A model generated the notes under the pieces. It saw only the letters and a program-made list of their open reading frames with translations. It did no database searches and was not told the origin of the DNA. A program made the position numbers and the translations under genes. Of a stretch of DNA of 64,000 nt, positions 1 to 10,828 are shown in pieces. Position 1 is the first letter of the stretch, and each line of letters starts with the position of its first letter. This DNA is from an uncultured delta proteobacterium (GTDB lineage: Bacteria > Desulfobacterota > Binatia > UBA9968), in contig CAVUVW010000011.1 in the NCBI GenBank assembly GCA_963745035.1, positions 263,224 to 327,223 of the forward strand. The letters run 5' to 3'.

Positions 1-1
1 A

Positions 2-1000
2 ATGGCGCGATGTATTCGGTTGGTGCTGTGGATCAGTGTTCTCATCGGCGCAGCGACACATAGCGCGGCGCAGGAACCGGCGCTCAAGAAAATCAACTGG
101 GGACAAACAGCCCTTTCTGCCTCCATGTGGATTCCCTGGATCGCCAAGGAAGCGAAGATCTATGAGAAGAACGGACTCTCCGTGGAGATCGTTTTACTGC
201 GTGGTTCGGGACAGAGCTCGCAGGCGATGCTGGGCGGCAGTTTGTTCGCCGCACCGGTGGCGCTGCCGCAGGTCATGCTGGCAAACCTCAACGGCGCGGA
301 CATGGTAAATGTCGCCCACACCATTGCCGTCGCGAGCAGCAAACTGCTGGTCAAACCGGAGATCAGAAAGCCCGAGGATCTGCGCGGCAAGAAGGTTGCG
401 ACCTCGAGCATCGGCTCCCTCGGCGACTTTCTGTTCCGTTACGCGCTGCGCAAGCACGGTATCAATCCCGACCGTGAGATTGCCTGGCTTTCCATCGGCA
501 CCAACGCCGAGCGGCTGCAGGCTTTGCTCAGCGGCGCCATCGACGGCGCCGACGTCACCTATCCGGCCGACATTCAGGCGGAACGAAAAGGATACCGCGT
601 TCTGATCGATGCCAGAAAGGAGATCACCTTTCCGACCACGTCCGTTGTCACCCGCCGGAAAACCATTCGCGAAGATCGCGACACCGTGATGCGCATGGTG
701 CGCTCCCATGTCGAAGGCATCGCGTTTCACAAGCAGAATAAAGAGTTCGCCCTGAAAGTCCTGACCAAGTACGTAAGAACGACTGATGCGGAGTTTTTAG
801 AGGGCTCGTACAATATGTTCAAGCAGGATTTTATCGCAGCGCCCTACCCGATCACCAAAGGATTGGAGCCGACCTACGATTACGTCGCGCAAACGCGGCC
901 CGATATCCGCAATCACAAACCGGAAGAGTTCGTCGACGCGAGCTTTATCTCCGAATTGGACAAGAGCGGCTTTATCAAGAAGCTGTACGAGCAAAAATGA
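2..1000 (+). CDS. ABC transporter substrate-binding protein, NMT1/SsuA-like
   Basis: 332 aa ORF with signal peptide, 'IRKPEDLRGKKVATSSIGS' and C-terminal 'FVDASFISELDKSGFIKKLY' typical of this SBP class. Confidence 0.85.
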   Translation: MARCIRLVLWISVLIGAATHSAAQEPALKKINWGQTALSASMWIPWIAKEAKIYEKNGLSVEIVLLRGSGQSSQAMLGGSLFAAPVALPQVMLANLNGADMVNVAHTIAVASSKLLVKPEIRKPEDLRGKKVATSSIGSLGDFLFRYALRKHGINPDREIAWLSIGTNAERLQALLSGAIDGADVTYPADIQAERKGYRVLIDARKEITFPTTSVVTRRKTIREDRDTVMRMVRSHVEGIAFHKQNKEFALKVLTKYVRTTDAEFLEGSYNMFKQDFIAAPYPITKGLEPTYDYVAQTRPDIRNHKPEEFVDASFISELDKSGFIKKLYEQK

Positions 1001-1004
1001 GTAG

Positions 1005-1039
1005 CGGCATCAGGCAAGAGGCACAGGCAACAGTAAGAG
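1005..1039. repeat. Degenerate 7-mer tandem repeat (GGCAWSA-like)
   Basis: ggcatca ggcaaga ggcaca ggcaaca gtaaga directly after the stop codon. Confidence 0.5.
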
Positions 1040-1100
1040 TCGTTCAGACTGAAGATGAAACCCTGGCGCCTCTACTGAGTCGCTGGGTGATGTCCCGACG

Positions 1101-1133
1101 TGTCATTCTGAAGAGCTTTGCGACGAAGAATCT
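1101..1133 (+). repeat. REP-like element TGTCATTCTGA..GAAGAATCT
   Basis: tgtcattctgaagagctttgcgacgaagaatct; related copies at 7579-7605, 7621-7648 and 46749-46776. Confidence 0.7.
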
Positions 1134-1159
1134 GTTTTCCGCACTTCGCAGTCGATTTT

Positions 1160-3167
1160 CTAAGGTTTCTTTACCAGCATTAATCTGCTCTTCTTTGCTT
1201 CGGCAATCATGCGCTCGGCGTCTTCCGCTAATAGGTAGCGTTGCTCAACGAGGATTCTTGCCGCGCGGCTGATTTTCTCGACATAATCGTTGCGATTGCT
1301 ATAACGTTCCTCGATCGATAGCCGCGGATCGCCAGTTCGGCGTCGCTCGGCCTTTGTCTTCGCGAAGCGAATGAAGGAGCCGAGTCAAGCCCGCTAGCTC
1401 GCCTTCGGCCAGTCCGCGCGGCCGCAGGTTCCAGCCGGTGAAGGTGCCGATCGGGACTTGTACGGCCGGCAGGCGAATACCCGCGAGATCATTGCCATCG
1501 GCATCGACTTTGGGAACAAGTATCGTGTAAGCCGCCTCGACCGATCGCTTGCGGCGGATGAACGGATATTTTGCCGCGCCGCGATACCTGGACCGTAGTC
1601 GAGAAAGAGTTGCCGGTTGTGCAGTGCCGCGAAGCGCACGCCGGGAATCTTCGGAAAGCCGGTGCCGTTCCGCTTTGGCGAAACCAGGGTGCGTTCACGC
1701 ACGGTTGGATACCTGCTCGGCGGCGGCTCGATTCCGTGAGTGACCCACTGGTCGAGAGCGACCAAGAGCGCACGTAAAACGTCGCCGGCGGGCAGCGGAT
1801 TGATCGGCAGTTGACTGTCGTCCTTCACCGGCTCGGAGCCGAACGGGCTGTTATGCTGGGCGCTGGCGATGACGTAAAGTCGAACATTATCCGGCAGGCG
1901 CAAGTCGTTCCCTCGGCCGTCGGTGTGCGCCAGGCAACCACGTTTCTGCCAGTACTCCGTCGAAGTTTGCGTGTGAAAAATCAGCGGGTCGGTTCTCGGT
2001 CGCTTGAGAATCCCGTCGCGTCTGCCGGTCTGCGCATCTTTGATAATGCTGTAGGCGTGCGGAAAGAGCTCAGGGTCGAGCTGGTTGGTGTGTTGCTGCG
2101 ACGAGGTAACCGGACGAGCGAATTCGTAGTTCAAGAACAACCTGCCGCCGCCGGCGACGTGCGGCGCGACAGCGTCGAAGACTTTGCGATGGGCTTCGTC
2201 TTCGTTGAAGCCGTGATAGACGAGGTCGCGCAGGTAACGGCCGCTTTGTGAGCGTCCCCACGCGTAGGCATGGCTGATGCTGTTTTTCTTTCCACGGGCG
2301 ATGAGCGGATTCGATTTGCCTGCGCGATCTTTCTTTTCGTAGCGCAAAAAGGAAATCAGATCGCGCGCGACCGCGAACCCTAATCCGAGCACCAGCGGGT
2401 TTTTTGCCGGATAGATGAATTCGTAAATGTGACCGGGTTTGAAACCCCCGGCGACAAAGAGATGACCGGCACTGGGCTTGACGGTTTCCTTGCCGCTCCG
2501 TGGATCTTTGATGCACTCAGCGAATTTCCACTCCGCTTCCGGCACGGGAAGTCGTTTACCATACGATTTCTCGCGCACCGTCAACCTCGCTCGTGATTTA
2601 TCTAACGACGCCGCTGGGTAGCTCTTGACCCGCGCGTCGCCGCTCAGCGGGTGAGACTTGATGCCTTTCTCATCGACGACGATCTCCGTGCGGGTTTGTG
2701 CGACGATCGGCTTGTCGCCGTTCGCCGCGGCTGGAACCTTCAGCACCAGCCAATTTTTGAGCGGCAGCAAATCGCCCTGCCAGCCGCACCAGACGATGGT
2801 GTAGCCCTCGCGCATGAGAAAGCCGTTGCCGGCGTCTGCGAGCGTGCTCGGATCATTGGCTTCCGGTGCATCGTTGAGAAAAGCGAGAATGCGTTTGCCG
2901 CCGCGGTTGGGCGCGTCGAAGAAAATTTTTCCGTTGCTGCGCGCCATGTCCAGCGGTTTCAAGATGAAGAGGTCGCTCGAGTACTCGACGCGGCCGCGCC
3001 GATTGCGTGGCGCCTTGTCGAGATTGACGATGCGTCCGGTTCAGCCGGTGCTGCGGAGCGACTTCGCCGTAAAGCTTGCCGACGAGCTTCTCGTAGGCTC
3101 CGGTAATCGGAAACTCGTGACCGCCGGCAAATGGTTCTCTTTTTTGAATGACGAGGCGCGTGATCAT
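1160..3167 (-). CDS. Alpha/beta hydrolase domain protein (frameshifted, probably by sequencing error)
   Basis: ORFs 2853-3167, 1394-2962 and further frames join into one protein: MITRLVI..GAYEKLVG, PNRGGK, GWQGD, nucleophile-like GRSQSGRYLR, TSTEYWQK, PKVDADGN, C-term LVEQRYLLAEDAERM with stop at 1160-1162. Confidence 0.75.
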
Positions 3168-3188
3168 AAGTTCATAAGTAGGCGACTA

Positions 3189-4133
3189 TCAGTACTCGTT
3201 AAACATTCTTTGCAGTTCGCGCGGATCCTTGGTTTTCGTCAGGCCCAGCATGAGCAGGATGCGCGCTTTGTGGGGGACCAAACTGTCGCCCTGGATGAAC
3301 GGATCGTCCCAGTTAACCGGGATGCGTCCGCGGCCGCCGCGGTTGGAGAGGACGACCGGAATTCCTGAACCGGCGATTTTTTCGATTCCCGCGAGTTGAT
3401 CGGCGGAAGGGCGGCCGTTGTAGGCGTAGCCGCTGATGACCAGCCCTTGCGCTCCGGCGGCGACGCAGGCCTGCGCGGCGACATCATCGCCGCCGACGTA
3501 CGCTGCGATCACATCGACCCTCGGCAACTCGCGGATCTCGCGCATATCGAACTCGGAGCGAAATGTGTGCCGGCGAGTCGGCGCATAGTAGAAGCTCACT
3601 TGATCTTCCTCAATATGCCCGAGGATGCCGCGGCCCAAGGAATCAAATCCTCCGGGGCGCTGATTGGTTTTTACAACCTCGCGGGCGGAATGGATCTCCT
3701 CGTGCAAGGTGACCAGAACGCCCTTGCCGCGAGCTTCAGGGCAAAGGGTGAGGCGGATCGCATCGAGCATGTTGCGATCGCCGTCGTTGCCGACCTCATC
3801 GTGTTTGCGCTGCGAAGCGACGACCACCACCGGTTTTTGTGTCCGAACGGTCAAATGGAGAAAGTAAGCGGTCTCTTCCGTAGTAAAGGTTCCGTGGGTG
3901 ACGATGATTGCATCGACTCGCGGGTCTTCGGCGGCGCCGTTTGCCATTCGCACGAGATCATACCAGTGAGGCAATTGCAGGGCTCCGCTTCTCACGCGGG
4001 TTGCCTCGGTAACTTCGAAATCTGCCAACGCGCGCGCCTGCGGAATGTCTTTTAGCACTTCATCGATGCTGATGAGACCGCGGCCGGTATTGGCTATCGT
4101 TCCGCCGGTGGAGATGATTCTGATTCGCGGCAT
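3189..4133 (-). CDS. Asparaginase/glutaminase-family amidohydrolase with atypical active site
   Basis: STGGTIA motif, HGTFTTEETAYFL (canonical HGTDT), DGDRN, KARILLMLGL. Confidence 0.85.
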   Translation of the reverse strand: MPRIRIISTGGTIANTGRGLISIDEVLKDIPQARALADFEVTEATRVRSGALQLPHWYDLVRMANGAAEDPRVDAIIVTHGTFTTEETAYFLHLTVRTQKPVVVVASQRKHDEVGNDGDRNMLDAIRLTLCPEARGKGVLVTLHEEIHSAREVVKTNQRPGGFDSLGRGILGHIEEDQVSFYYAPTRRHTFRSEFDMREIRELPRVDVIAAYVGGDDVAAQACVAAGAQGLVISGYAYNGRPSADQLAGIEKIAGSGIPVVLSNRGGRGRIPVNWDDPFIQGDSLVPHKARILLMLGLTKTKDPRELQRMFNEY

Positions 4134-4301
4134 TCTTTTTCGCTCCAAAAACGTCTGATGTATTTCCCGGGATTATCATCTGACGATTCGGCGCGTCAAC
4201 CGCATTATCAGGCGACAGTCTGAAAATTGTTTGCGTCACTATCACTAAGTTGTTAAGAGAGCAGTCACGGTAGAGGCATGGGGTAAATTAAGGAGAGCGG
4301 C

Positions 4302-5420
4302 ATGTGCAAAAGGCCTCTCGGGGTCCTTAGCGTTCTCATACTCGCGCTTGCGTATCCTGCGTCGCTTTTTGCCGCGGATGCGAAGCGCCCGCCGGAATGG
4401 GACAAAGTTCTCGAAGCCGCCAAGAAGGATGGCAAGATTGTCATCGCCATTCCACCGGCCGCCGAGCTGCGCAAAGAAATGGAGATCGTCATCAAGCAAA
4501 AGCTCGGTTTCGAAGCTGAGCTCGTTCCCAATCCGGGGCCGCGCAACGCGAGCCGGATCGCGGCGGAGCAAAAAGCCGGTGTGCGTTTTTTCGACGCATT
4601 GATCGTGGGTACCGGCACGGCGCTTGGCCTAGCTCACGACGATATGCTGGAGCCGCTCGAGCCGCTATTCGTCCTGCCGGAAGTGAAGGACCCCAAGCAG
4701 TGGTGGGGCGGGCATATCTGGGAAGACAATCTGAGCACCAACCGGTTCCTTTACTCGTTTCTCGCCGATGTGAGCACGCACGGGGTATGGTACAACACCA
4801 CCCTCGCCAAGCCCGAAGACTTCCGCTCGTTCGACGACTATCTCAATCCAAAATGGAAGGGCAAGATCGGCTTCAGCGATCCGCGCGTGCCGAGCTCCGG
4901 ACAATCGATCTGGTCTTTCATGTGGGATCTCAAAGGCGAAGAATTCCTCAAGAAACTGGTTCAACAGGATCTATTCATCACGCGTGATTTACGGCAGCTT
5001 ACCGATTCACTCGCCAAGGGCAAAGTCGCGGTGGCTTTCGGCATCGGACGAAGCCAGGCCGATCCTTTCGTCACTGCGGGTTTGCCGTTGAAAACGGTGC
5101 CGCCGCCGAAAGAGGGATTGCCGGCAAGCAATAGCTTCGGCGTCATCGGTATTGTCAAAAATGCACCCCATGCCAACGCCACCAAGGTATTCATCAACTG
5201 GTTTCTCAGCCGAGACGGTCAAGAGTGGTACGGCAAGCTTATGGAAAACGGCACGCGCCGGCTCGACGTCGATACGAAATGGTTGAATGCGCTTGGTGTC
5301 AGCGCGGCCAAGGACGCGTTGACGATTCAGGACTATCATCGCATGCGCAATCACCTCGAAGACAAATACACCAAGGTTAGAGTGCCGGCGGGTAAGTTTG
5401 CCGAGACCATCATCAAATAG
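4302..5420 (+). CDS. Extracellular solute-binding protein (Fe3+/thiamine/AfuA-like family)
   Basis: AGGAG RBS, signal peptide, 'LNPKWKGKI', 'NAPHANATKVFINWFLSRDGQ'. Confidence 0.85.
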   Translation: MCKRPLGVLSVLILALAYPASLFAADAKRPPEWDKVLEAAKKDGKIVIAIPPAAELRKEMEIVIKQKLGFEAELVPNPGPRNASRIAAEQKAGVRFFDALIVGTGTALGLAHDDMLEPLEPLFVLPEVKDPKQWWGGHIWEDNLSTNRFLYSFLADVSTHGVWYNTTLAKPEDFRSFDDYLNPKWKGKIGFSDPRVPSSGQSIWSFMWDLKGEEFLKKLVQQDLFITRDLRQLTDSLAKGKVAVAFGIGRSQADPFVTAGLPLKTVPPPKEGLPASNSFGVIGIVKNAPHANATKVFINWFLSRDGQEWYGKLMENGTRRLDVDTKWLNALGVSAAKDALTIQDYHRMRNHLEDKYTKVRVPAGKFAETIIK

Positions 5421-5460
5421 ATCAAAATCCATTCATTCCACTTGGAGGAGGACCATCTCG

Positions 5461-6459
5461 ATGCCGCGTCTGATGTTTTTGGTTTTGGTGTTCTTCCTCA
5501 GCATGGTCCTTCGACTGCCGCATGGGCACGCTGCGTCCGCTAGTTTGACCAAGATCCGCGTGGGCTACCCATCGCCGAGCGCGAGCATGTATCCGCTCTT
5601 CGTCACCAAAGAAGCAGGGATCTTCGAGAAGTATGGTTTCGACGCCGAGCTGATTTACGTCCAAGGCGTTCAGATGGTTCACGTTCACACAGCGGGCCAA
5701 CTCGACTTCACCAGCACCTCTGGAATCGTCACTCTGCAATCTTCGGTAGGCGGTTCGGACTTGATCCTGCTCGCTAACTCCATCGAAACCCATCTCATGA
5801 AAGTGATCGCGCACCCGAGTATCGCCGGCCCTGCGGACCTGAAAGGAAAATCGATCGGCGTCACCCGCTTCGGCTCCCTGACCGATCTGGCGCTAAGGCC
5901 GATTTTGGAACAGTGGAAGCTGGAGCCAGGCAAGGACGTAAGCCTGGTACAGATCGGCAGGCTTTCGGATTTCGTGCCGGCGATCCAGCAAAAACGTATC
6001 GCCGCCGGTATGCTTTCCTTCCCTACATCCTTTTTCGCCGAGAAGTTGGGACTCAAATCGCTCTATGATCTGTCTGAATCGGGAATCGAAGTGCCGACCA
6101 CAACGATCGCCGTGAGCCGGGCTTATGCCAACGCCAATCGCGAGCGCGTGCTGAGATATATGCGGGCTTATCTTGAAGGAACGCACCGGCTCCTGACGGA
6201 CAAGGAAGTCAGCATCAAAGCCCTGCGAAGGTACGGCGGCATTCAGGATCCGGAGGTACTTTCCGCGACGTACGATTTATTCTCGTCGAAATACATCAAG
6301 AAAGTTCCGATTCTTACGGTCAAGGCCGTGCAAAATGCGCTTCAGCTTGTAGGAGAGAGCAACCCAAAAGCCAAGGGTCGCCGGCCGGCTGAGTTCATGG
6401 ATACGAGTTACATCGACGAGCTGGAGAAAAGCGGGTTTATAAAAAAACTCTGGCAGTAA
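5461..6459 (+). CDS. ABC transporter substrate-binding protein, NMT1/SsuA-like
   Basis: GGAGGA RBS before ATG 5461, signal peptide, 'DLKGKSIGVTRFGSLTD'; paralogue of 2-1000. Confidence 0.85.
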   Translation: MPRLMFLVLVFFLSMVLRLPHGHAASASLTKIRVGYPSPSASMYPLFVTKEAGIFEKYGFDAELIYVQGVQMVHVHTAGQLDFTSTSGIVTLQSSVGGSDLILLANSIETHLMKVIAHPSIAGPADLKGKSIGVTRFGSLTDLALRPILEQWKLEPGKDVSLVQIGRLSDFVPAIQQKRIAAGMLSFPTSFFAEKLGLKSLYDLSESGIEVPTTTIAVSRAYANANRERVLRYMRAYLEGTHRLLTDKEVSIKALRRYGGIQDPEVLSATYDLFSSKYIKKVPILTVKAVQNALQLVGESNPKAKGRRPAEFMDTSYIDELEKSGFIKKLWQ

Positions 6460-6479
6460 ACTTGGACAGGAGATTCTTC

Positions 6480-7562
6480 GTGAACTATGCAACGATATCC
6501 GTTACCGCGCTGATTGTATTGATTGCCGGCGCGTTTGTCGCAGCGCCCTCGCGCGCCGCATCCGTCGAGGAAATCGCGCTTTACAATAAACCGGACCGGC
6601 AAAAAGTTCTGATCGAAGGCGCCAAGAAGGAAGGCAAGATCTCCTGGTATACGTCCTTGATCGTCGATCAGGTCGTGCGCCCCGTCAAAGAGGCTTTCGA
6701 GAAGGAGTATCCATTTCTGCAAGTGGAATTTTTTCGCGGCAACTCCGAGCGGCTGGTGCAAAAAATGTTCGCCGAGTATCAGGGAAAACGCTACGAGGTC
6801 GATATCGTCGACGGCACCGTGACCGCGCCGATGGTGAAGAAGGGCGGGTATTTGCAGCGCTTCTATTCGCCGTACCTGGGAGAGTATCCGGCGGAGCTCA
6901 AGGACTCGCAGGGATACTGGGCGGTGAGCAACGTCTATTTCTTCTCGCTCGGATACAACACGCGCATGGTGAAGCCCAACGAAGTTCCCAAGACCTATGA
7001 AGACCTTCTCAATCCGCGCTGGAAGGGCCAGATGATGTGGTCGACGAGCCGCGGCTCGGGCGCGCCCATGTTCATCGGCAACGTTTTGCAGACCATGGGA
7101 CAAGAGAAGGGCAAAGCCTATCTACAAAAACTAAAAGCCCAAAACGTTGCCAAAACGACGGCGAGCAACCGGCAACTGCTCGATCTCGTCATTGCGGGGG
7201 AGTATCCGATCGCCGTCCACATTTTCAATCACCACGCCCATATCAGCAAATCCGCCGGCGCACCGGTCGACTGGCAGGCCCTGGAGCCAGCTTCGGCGAC
7301 GATCAACACCATCTCGCCGGTGACGCGCGCGCCTCATCCGCACGCGACGATGCTGCTTCTCGATTTTATTTTGTCGGAGAAGGGCCAGCGAGTTTTTCAA
7401 GCCGTCAACTATTTGCCGTCCCATCCAAAAATTCCCGCCAAGCAGGCGGATCTCAAGCCCGGCGGCGGACGCTTCAAGCGCGCGCTGTATTTCACGCCCG
7501 ACGCGCAATTCAACGAGGGCAACGCCTGGGTTGAATATTTCGAAAATAATTTCATGCGCTGA
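6480..7562 (+). CDS. Extracellular solute-binding protein (AfuA-like)
   Basis: AGGAG RBS before GTG 6480, signal peptide, 'LIEGAKKEG', 'PKTYEDLLNPRWKG', 'APHPHA'. Confidence 0.85.
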   Translation: MNYATISVTALIVLIAGAFVAAPSRAASVEEIALYNKPDRQKVLIEGAKKEGKISWYTSLIVDQVVRPVKEAFEKEYPFLQVEFFRGNSERLVQKMFAEYQGKRYEVDIVDGTVTAPMVKKGGYLQRFYSPYLGEYPAELKDSQGYWAVSNVYFFSLGYNTRMVKPNEVPKTYEDLLNPRWKGQMMWSTSRGSGAPMFIGNVLQTMGQEKGKAYLQKLKAQNVAKTTASNRQLLDLVIAGEYPIAVHIFNHHAHISKSAGAPVDWQALEPASATINTISPVTRAPHPHATMLLLDFILSEKGQRVFQAVNYLPSHPKIPAKQADLKPGGGRFKRALYFTPDAQFNEGNAWVEYFENNFMR

Positions 7563-7578
7563 CTGGTGAGTTTGGGAA

Positions 7579-7648
7579 AGGTCTCTCACTTCGTTCGAGG
7601 TGATAGATCACTTGCTTAGTTGTCATTCCGAGCGGAAGCGAGGAATTT
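7579..7648. repeat. Inverted pair of REP-like TGTCAT..GAGCG..GAAT elements
   Basis: aggtctctcacttcgttcgaggtgata (7579-7605, reverse) and tgtcattccgagcggaagcgaggaattt (7621-7648, forward). Confidence 0.65.
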
Positions 7649-7706
7649 TCTGTCTTGAGCCTCATTGCGGGACTGAAAATAAACTACGAGCTGAGCGTGA
7701 GTCATC

Positions 7707-7736
7707 TTGACAGAGTAAGGCGACTGAGAATAGCTT
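7707..7736 (+). promoter_or_regulatory. Candidate sigma70 promoter
   Basis: TTGACA-N18-TAGCTT about 40 nt upstream of the SBP start. Confidence 0.45.
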
Positions 7737-7779
7737 CGCTCTGATGGGCAAGCGCTTTCGCGCGCGAGGAGATATGCGT

Positions 7780-8868
7780 ATGGCCAAGTCGAGATTCGGG
7801 CTTTTCTTCCTGTCTGTTGCAATGATGCTGGGTGCGATCTCAGCTTCTCGTTTGGTTTACGCCGCAACCGTCGAAGAAGTCGCGCTCATGAACCGCGCCG
7901 ATCGACAGAAAATCCTCATCGAAGGCGCCAAAAAAGAAGGCAAGGTTTCGCTCTACACTACGCTGATCGTCGATCAGGTCGTGCGGCCGGTCAAAGAAGC
8001 CTTCGAAAAAGAGTATCCGTTTCTCCAGGTGGAGTTCTTCCGCGGCAACTCCGAGCGCCTCGTCCAAAAGATGATGGCCGAGTACCAAGCGAAGCGGTAC
8101 GAGGTCGATATTATCGACGGGACGGTGTCGCCGACGATGGTGCGGCGCGCCAATCTGCTGCAGCGCTTTCATTCACCTGTGCTCGGCGAATATCCCGCCG
8201 AGCTGAAAGACCCACAGAGCTTTTGGGGTTCGACCAATCTCTATTTTTTCGCCAGCGGGTACAATACGAAGATGATCAAACCAGCGGAAGCGCCGAAGAC
8301 CTATGAAGATCTTCTGAACCCGCGCTGGAAAGGGCAGATGATGTGGTCGACGAGCCGCGGCTCGGGCGCGCCGATCTTCACGGGCACGATTCTCAACACC
8401 ATGGGAGCGGAAGCGGGCAAAGCCTATCTGCAGAAACTGCGAGCGCAGAACATCGCCAAAACGACCGCAAGCAACCGGCAGGTCTTGGATCTGACGATCG
8501 CCGGAGAGTATCCGCTGGCGCTGCAAATTTTCAACCACCATGCGTATATCAGCAAGACCGCCGGCGCTCCGGTGGATTGGATTCCGCACGAGCCAGTGAC
8601 GGCGACCATCCAGACCATCGCGTTGGCAAAAAATTCGCCGCACCCGCACGCGGCGATGCTGTTCATCGACTTTGCAATTTCGGAGAAAGGGCAGAAGGTT
8701 TTTCAGCAGTCGAACTATCTGCCGTCTCATCCGAAAGTCCCGGCCAAGCAAGCGGATCTCAAACCCGGCGGCGGGCGTTTCAAGCGAGCGTACTACATCA
8801 ATCCCGACGCGCAATACGACAAGGGCAACGAGTGGGTGGACTACTTCAACAACGTCTTCGTGAAATAG
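7780..8868 (+). CDS. Extracellular solute-binding protein, tandem paralogue of 6480-7562
   Basis: Long identical stretches shared with the upstream protein (LIVDQVVRPVKEAFEKEYPFLQVEFFRGNSERLVQKM; WKGQMMWSTSRGSGAP). Confidence 0.88.
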   Translation: MAKSRFGLFFLSVAMMLGAISASRLVYAATVEEVALMNRADRQKILIEGAKKEGKVSLYTTLIVDQVVRPVKEAFEKEYPFLQVEFFRGNSERLVQKMMAEYQAKRYEVDIIDGTVSPTMVRRANLLQRFHSPVLGEYPAELKDPQSFWGSTNLYFFASGYNTKMIKPAEAPKTYEDLLNPRWKGQMMWSTSRGSGAPIFTGTILNTMGAEAGKAYLQKLRAQNIAKTTASNRQVLDLTIAGEYPLALQIFNHHAYISKTAGAPVDWIPHEPVTATIQTIALAKNSPHPHAAMLFIDFAISEKGQKVFQQSNYLPSHPKVPAKQADLKPGGGRFKRAYYINPDAQYDKGNEWVDYFNNVFVK

Positions 8869-8874
8869 GAGAAT

Positions 8875-10657
8875 GTGAGCGCTGTGGCCAGACAAACAAC
8901 TAGCGAGGCCTACGATTACCGGCGGCGGCGCGCGCTCGGCGCGGCGCTTCCTCGGACTCGGCGCTTCCCGGCATTTCGATGTCGCCGTCTTGGTGATGAT
9001 CGGTGTATCTCTGGTGACGGCTTATCTGGTGTTGCCGCCGCTCTACTCCGTCATCCAAACCAGTCTGTTCACGACCAAGCTCACCGGCGAGATCGATCAG
9101 TTCACGTTTCAATACTACAGAAACCTCATAAGCGAGCTGCGGGTTCTCGGACCGTTTCTGAACACCGTTTACTTCTCTGTCGGAAGCGCGCTCTTGGCGA
9201 CGGCAGTCGGCGGCACCATCGCGTGGATCGTCACGCGCACGGACACGCCGCTGCGCGGCCTGGGCTATTTTACCGCTTTCGCTTCGTTCGGCACGCCATT
9301 TATTTTGTATACCATCGGCTGGCTCTTGCTGCTCGGGAAAGCCGGGCCGGTCAACTATTGGTTGAAGGCGCTGCTCAACCAAGCCGGACCGGTGATCAAC
9401 ATTTATTCGCTCGCCGGCATGATTTTCATCGAGTCCTTGCTCTGGTCGCCGTTTGTTTTTCTCATGCTGGCGGCGGCCTTTCGTTCGATGGATCCCTCGC
9501 TCGAAGAGGCATCTGCCGTTTGCGGAGCGCGCATTTGGCAGACCATGCGCCGGGTGTCGCTGCGCTTGATGCTGCCGGCTTTTTTCTCGGTGTTGCTGCT
9601 CATCTTCATCCGCTCCTTTGAAGCGTTCGAGATCCCGGCGTTGGTCGGACTGCCGGGCGACGTGCGCGTGCTCACTACTTCGATCTATATCGACGCGCAA
9701 AAGTTGCCGCCGCAGTACGGCAGCGCCGGCGCGTTTTCCGTGCTCCTCATGCTGGTGGTAGCGGGCACGCTCTATCTCTATTTTCGCGTGACGCGCGAGG
9801 GCGACCGCTTTCAAACCGTGACCGGCAAAGGCTACCGCCCCACAGTTATTCAACTTGGGCGCTGGCGCTATCTTGCGGCGCTCGTTTTGATCACCTATGC
9901 CACGGTGCTCCTGGTTCTGCCTTTTTTGATCATCGTCTGGGCGTCACTCTTGCCGTTCTACATCCAGCCTTCATTCGAAGCGATCGACCGCTTCACCTTG
10001 AAGAACTATTTCACGGCGCTGCATTTCCCCAAGATCATCGACTCGATCAAGAACAGCATTCTGCTCGGACTCGGCAGCGCCAGCGCGGTGATGGTGCTGA
10101 CCTTGCTCGCGTCCTGGCTGTTGGTCAGAACCAAAATGCGCGGGCGCTGGCTGCTCGATCTCTTGACGACGCTGCCGCTGCTCTTTCCCGGCATCGTCAT
10201 GGGGCTCGCCATTTTGCGTTTCTATTTGTTCGTGCCGATTCCCGTCTACGGCACTTTGTGGATTCTGTTGATCGCATTCGTTACGCGCTATATCCCGTAC
10301 GGCATCCGTTATACCCATTCAGGGTTGTTGCAGCTCCATAAGGAGTTGGAGGAGGCCGCTTACACATCGGGCGCATCCTGGTCCAACTGCATGCGGAAAA
10401 TCATTCTTCCCCTGATGACACCGTCGTTTCTCGGCGGCTGGGTCTTCATCTTTCTGCTATCGGCCAAAGAGCTTTCCATGTCGGTCCTGCTCGTAAGCCC
10501 GCAGACGCCGGTCGTTTCGGTCGCGATCTTCGAGCTGTGGGAAAACGCACAGGTGGGGGAGCTCGCCGCCTTCGGCGTCCTCTGGACCGTGATCCTGGTT
10601 TCCATCGCTATAGTCTATTATCTCTTTGCGCGCCGCTATGGCATACAGCAGAGTTGA
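8875..10657 (+). CDS. Iron(III)-type ABC transporter permease (FbpB-like, two BPD domains)
   Basis: Two EAA loops (SLEEASAVCGA; ELEEAAYTSGA) and many TM helices; GGAGA RBS before GTG 8875, one indel near the start. Confidence 0.85.
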
Positions 10658-10828
10658 CAAGATCAATCGAGAATTCCATTCTGGCGCGAATCGACCCGGT
10701 GCGGTCCCTCGAAAGCTTTTCCAACGTTGCGAATAGCGAGTAGCCAAAGCGCCTTGGCATTTCTCTTACAGCTCCGCGTGCCATTGTCGTGGGCGTTCCA
10801 CGCGATTTGCCCGCGCGTTTGTGCCTGG

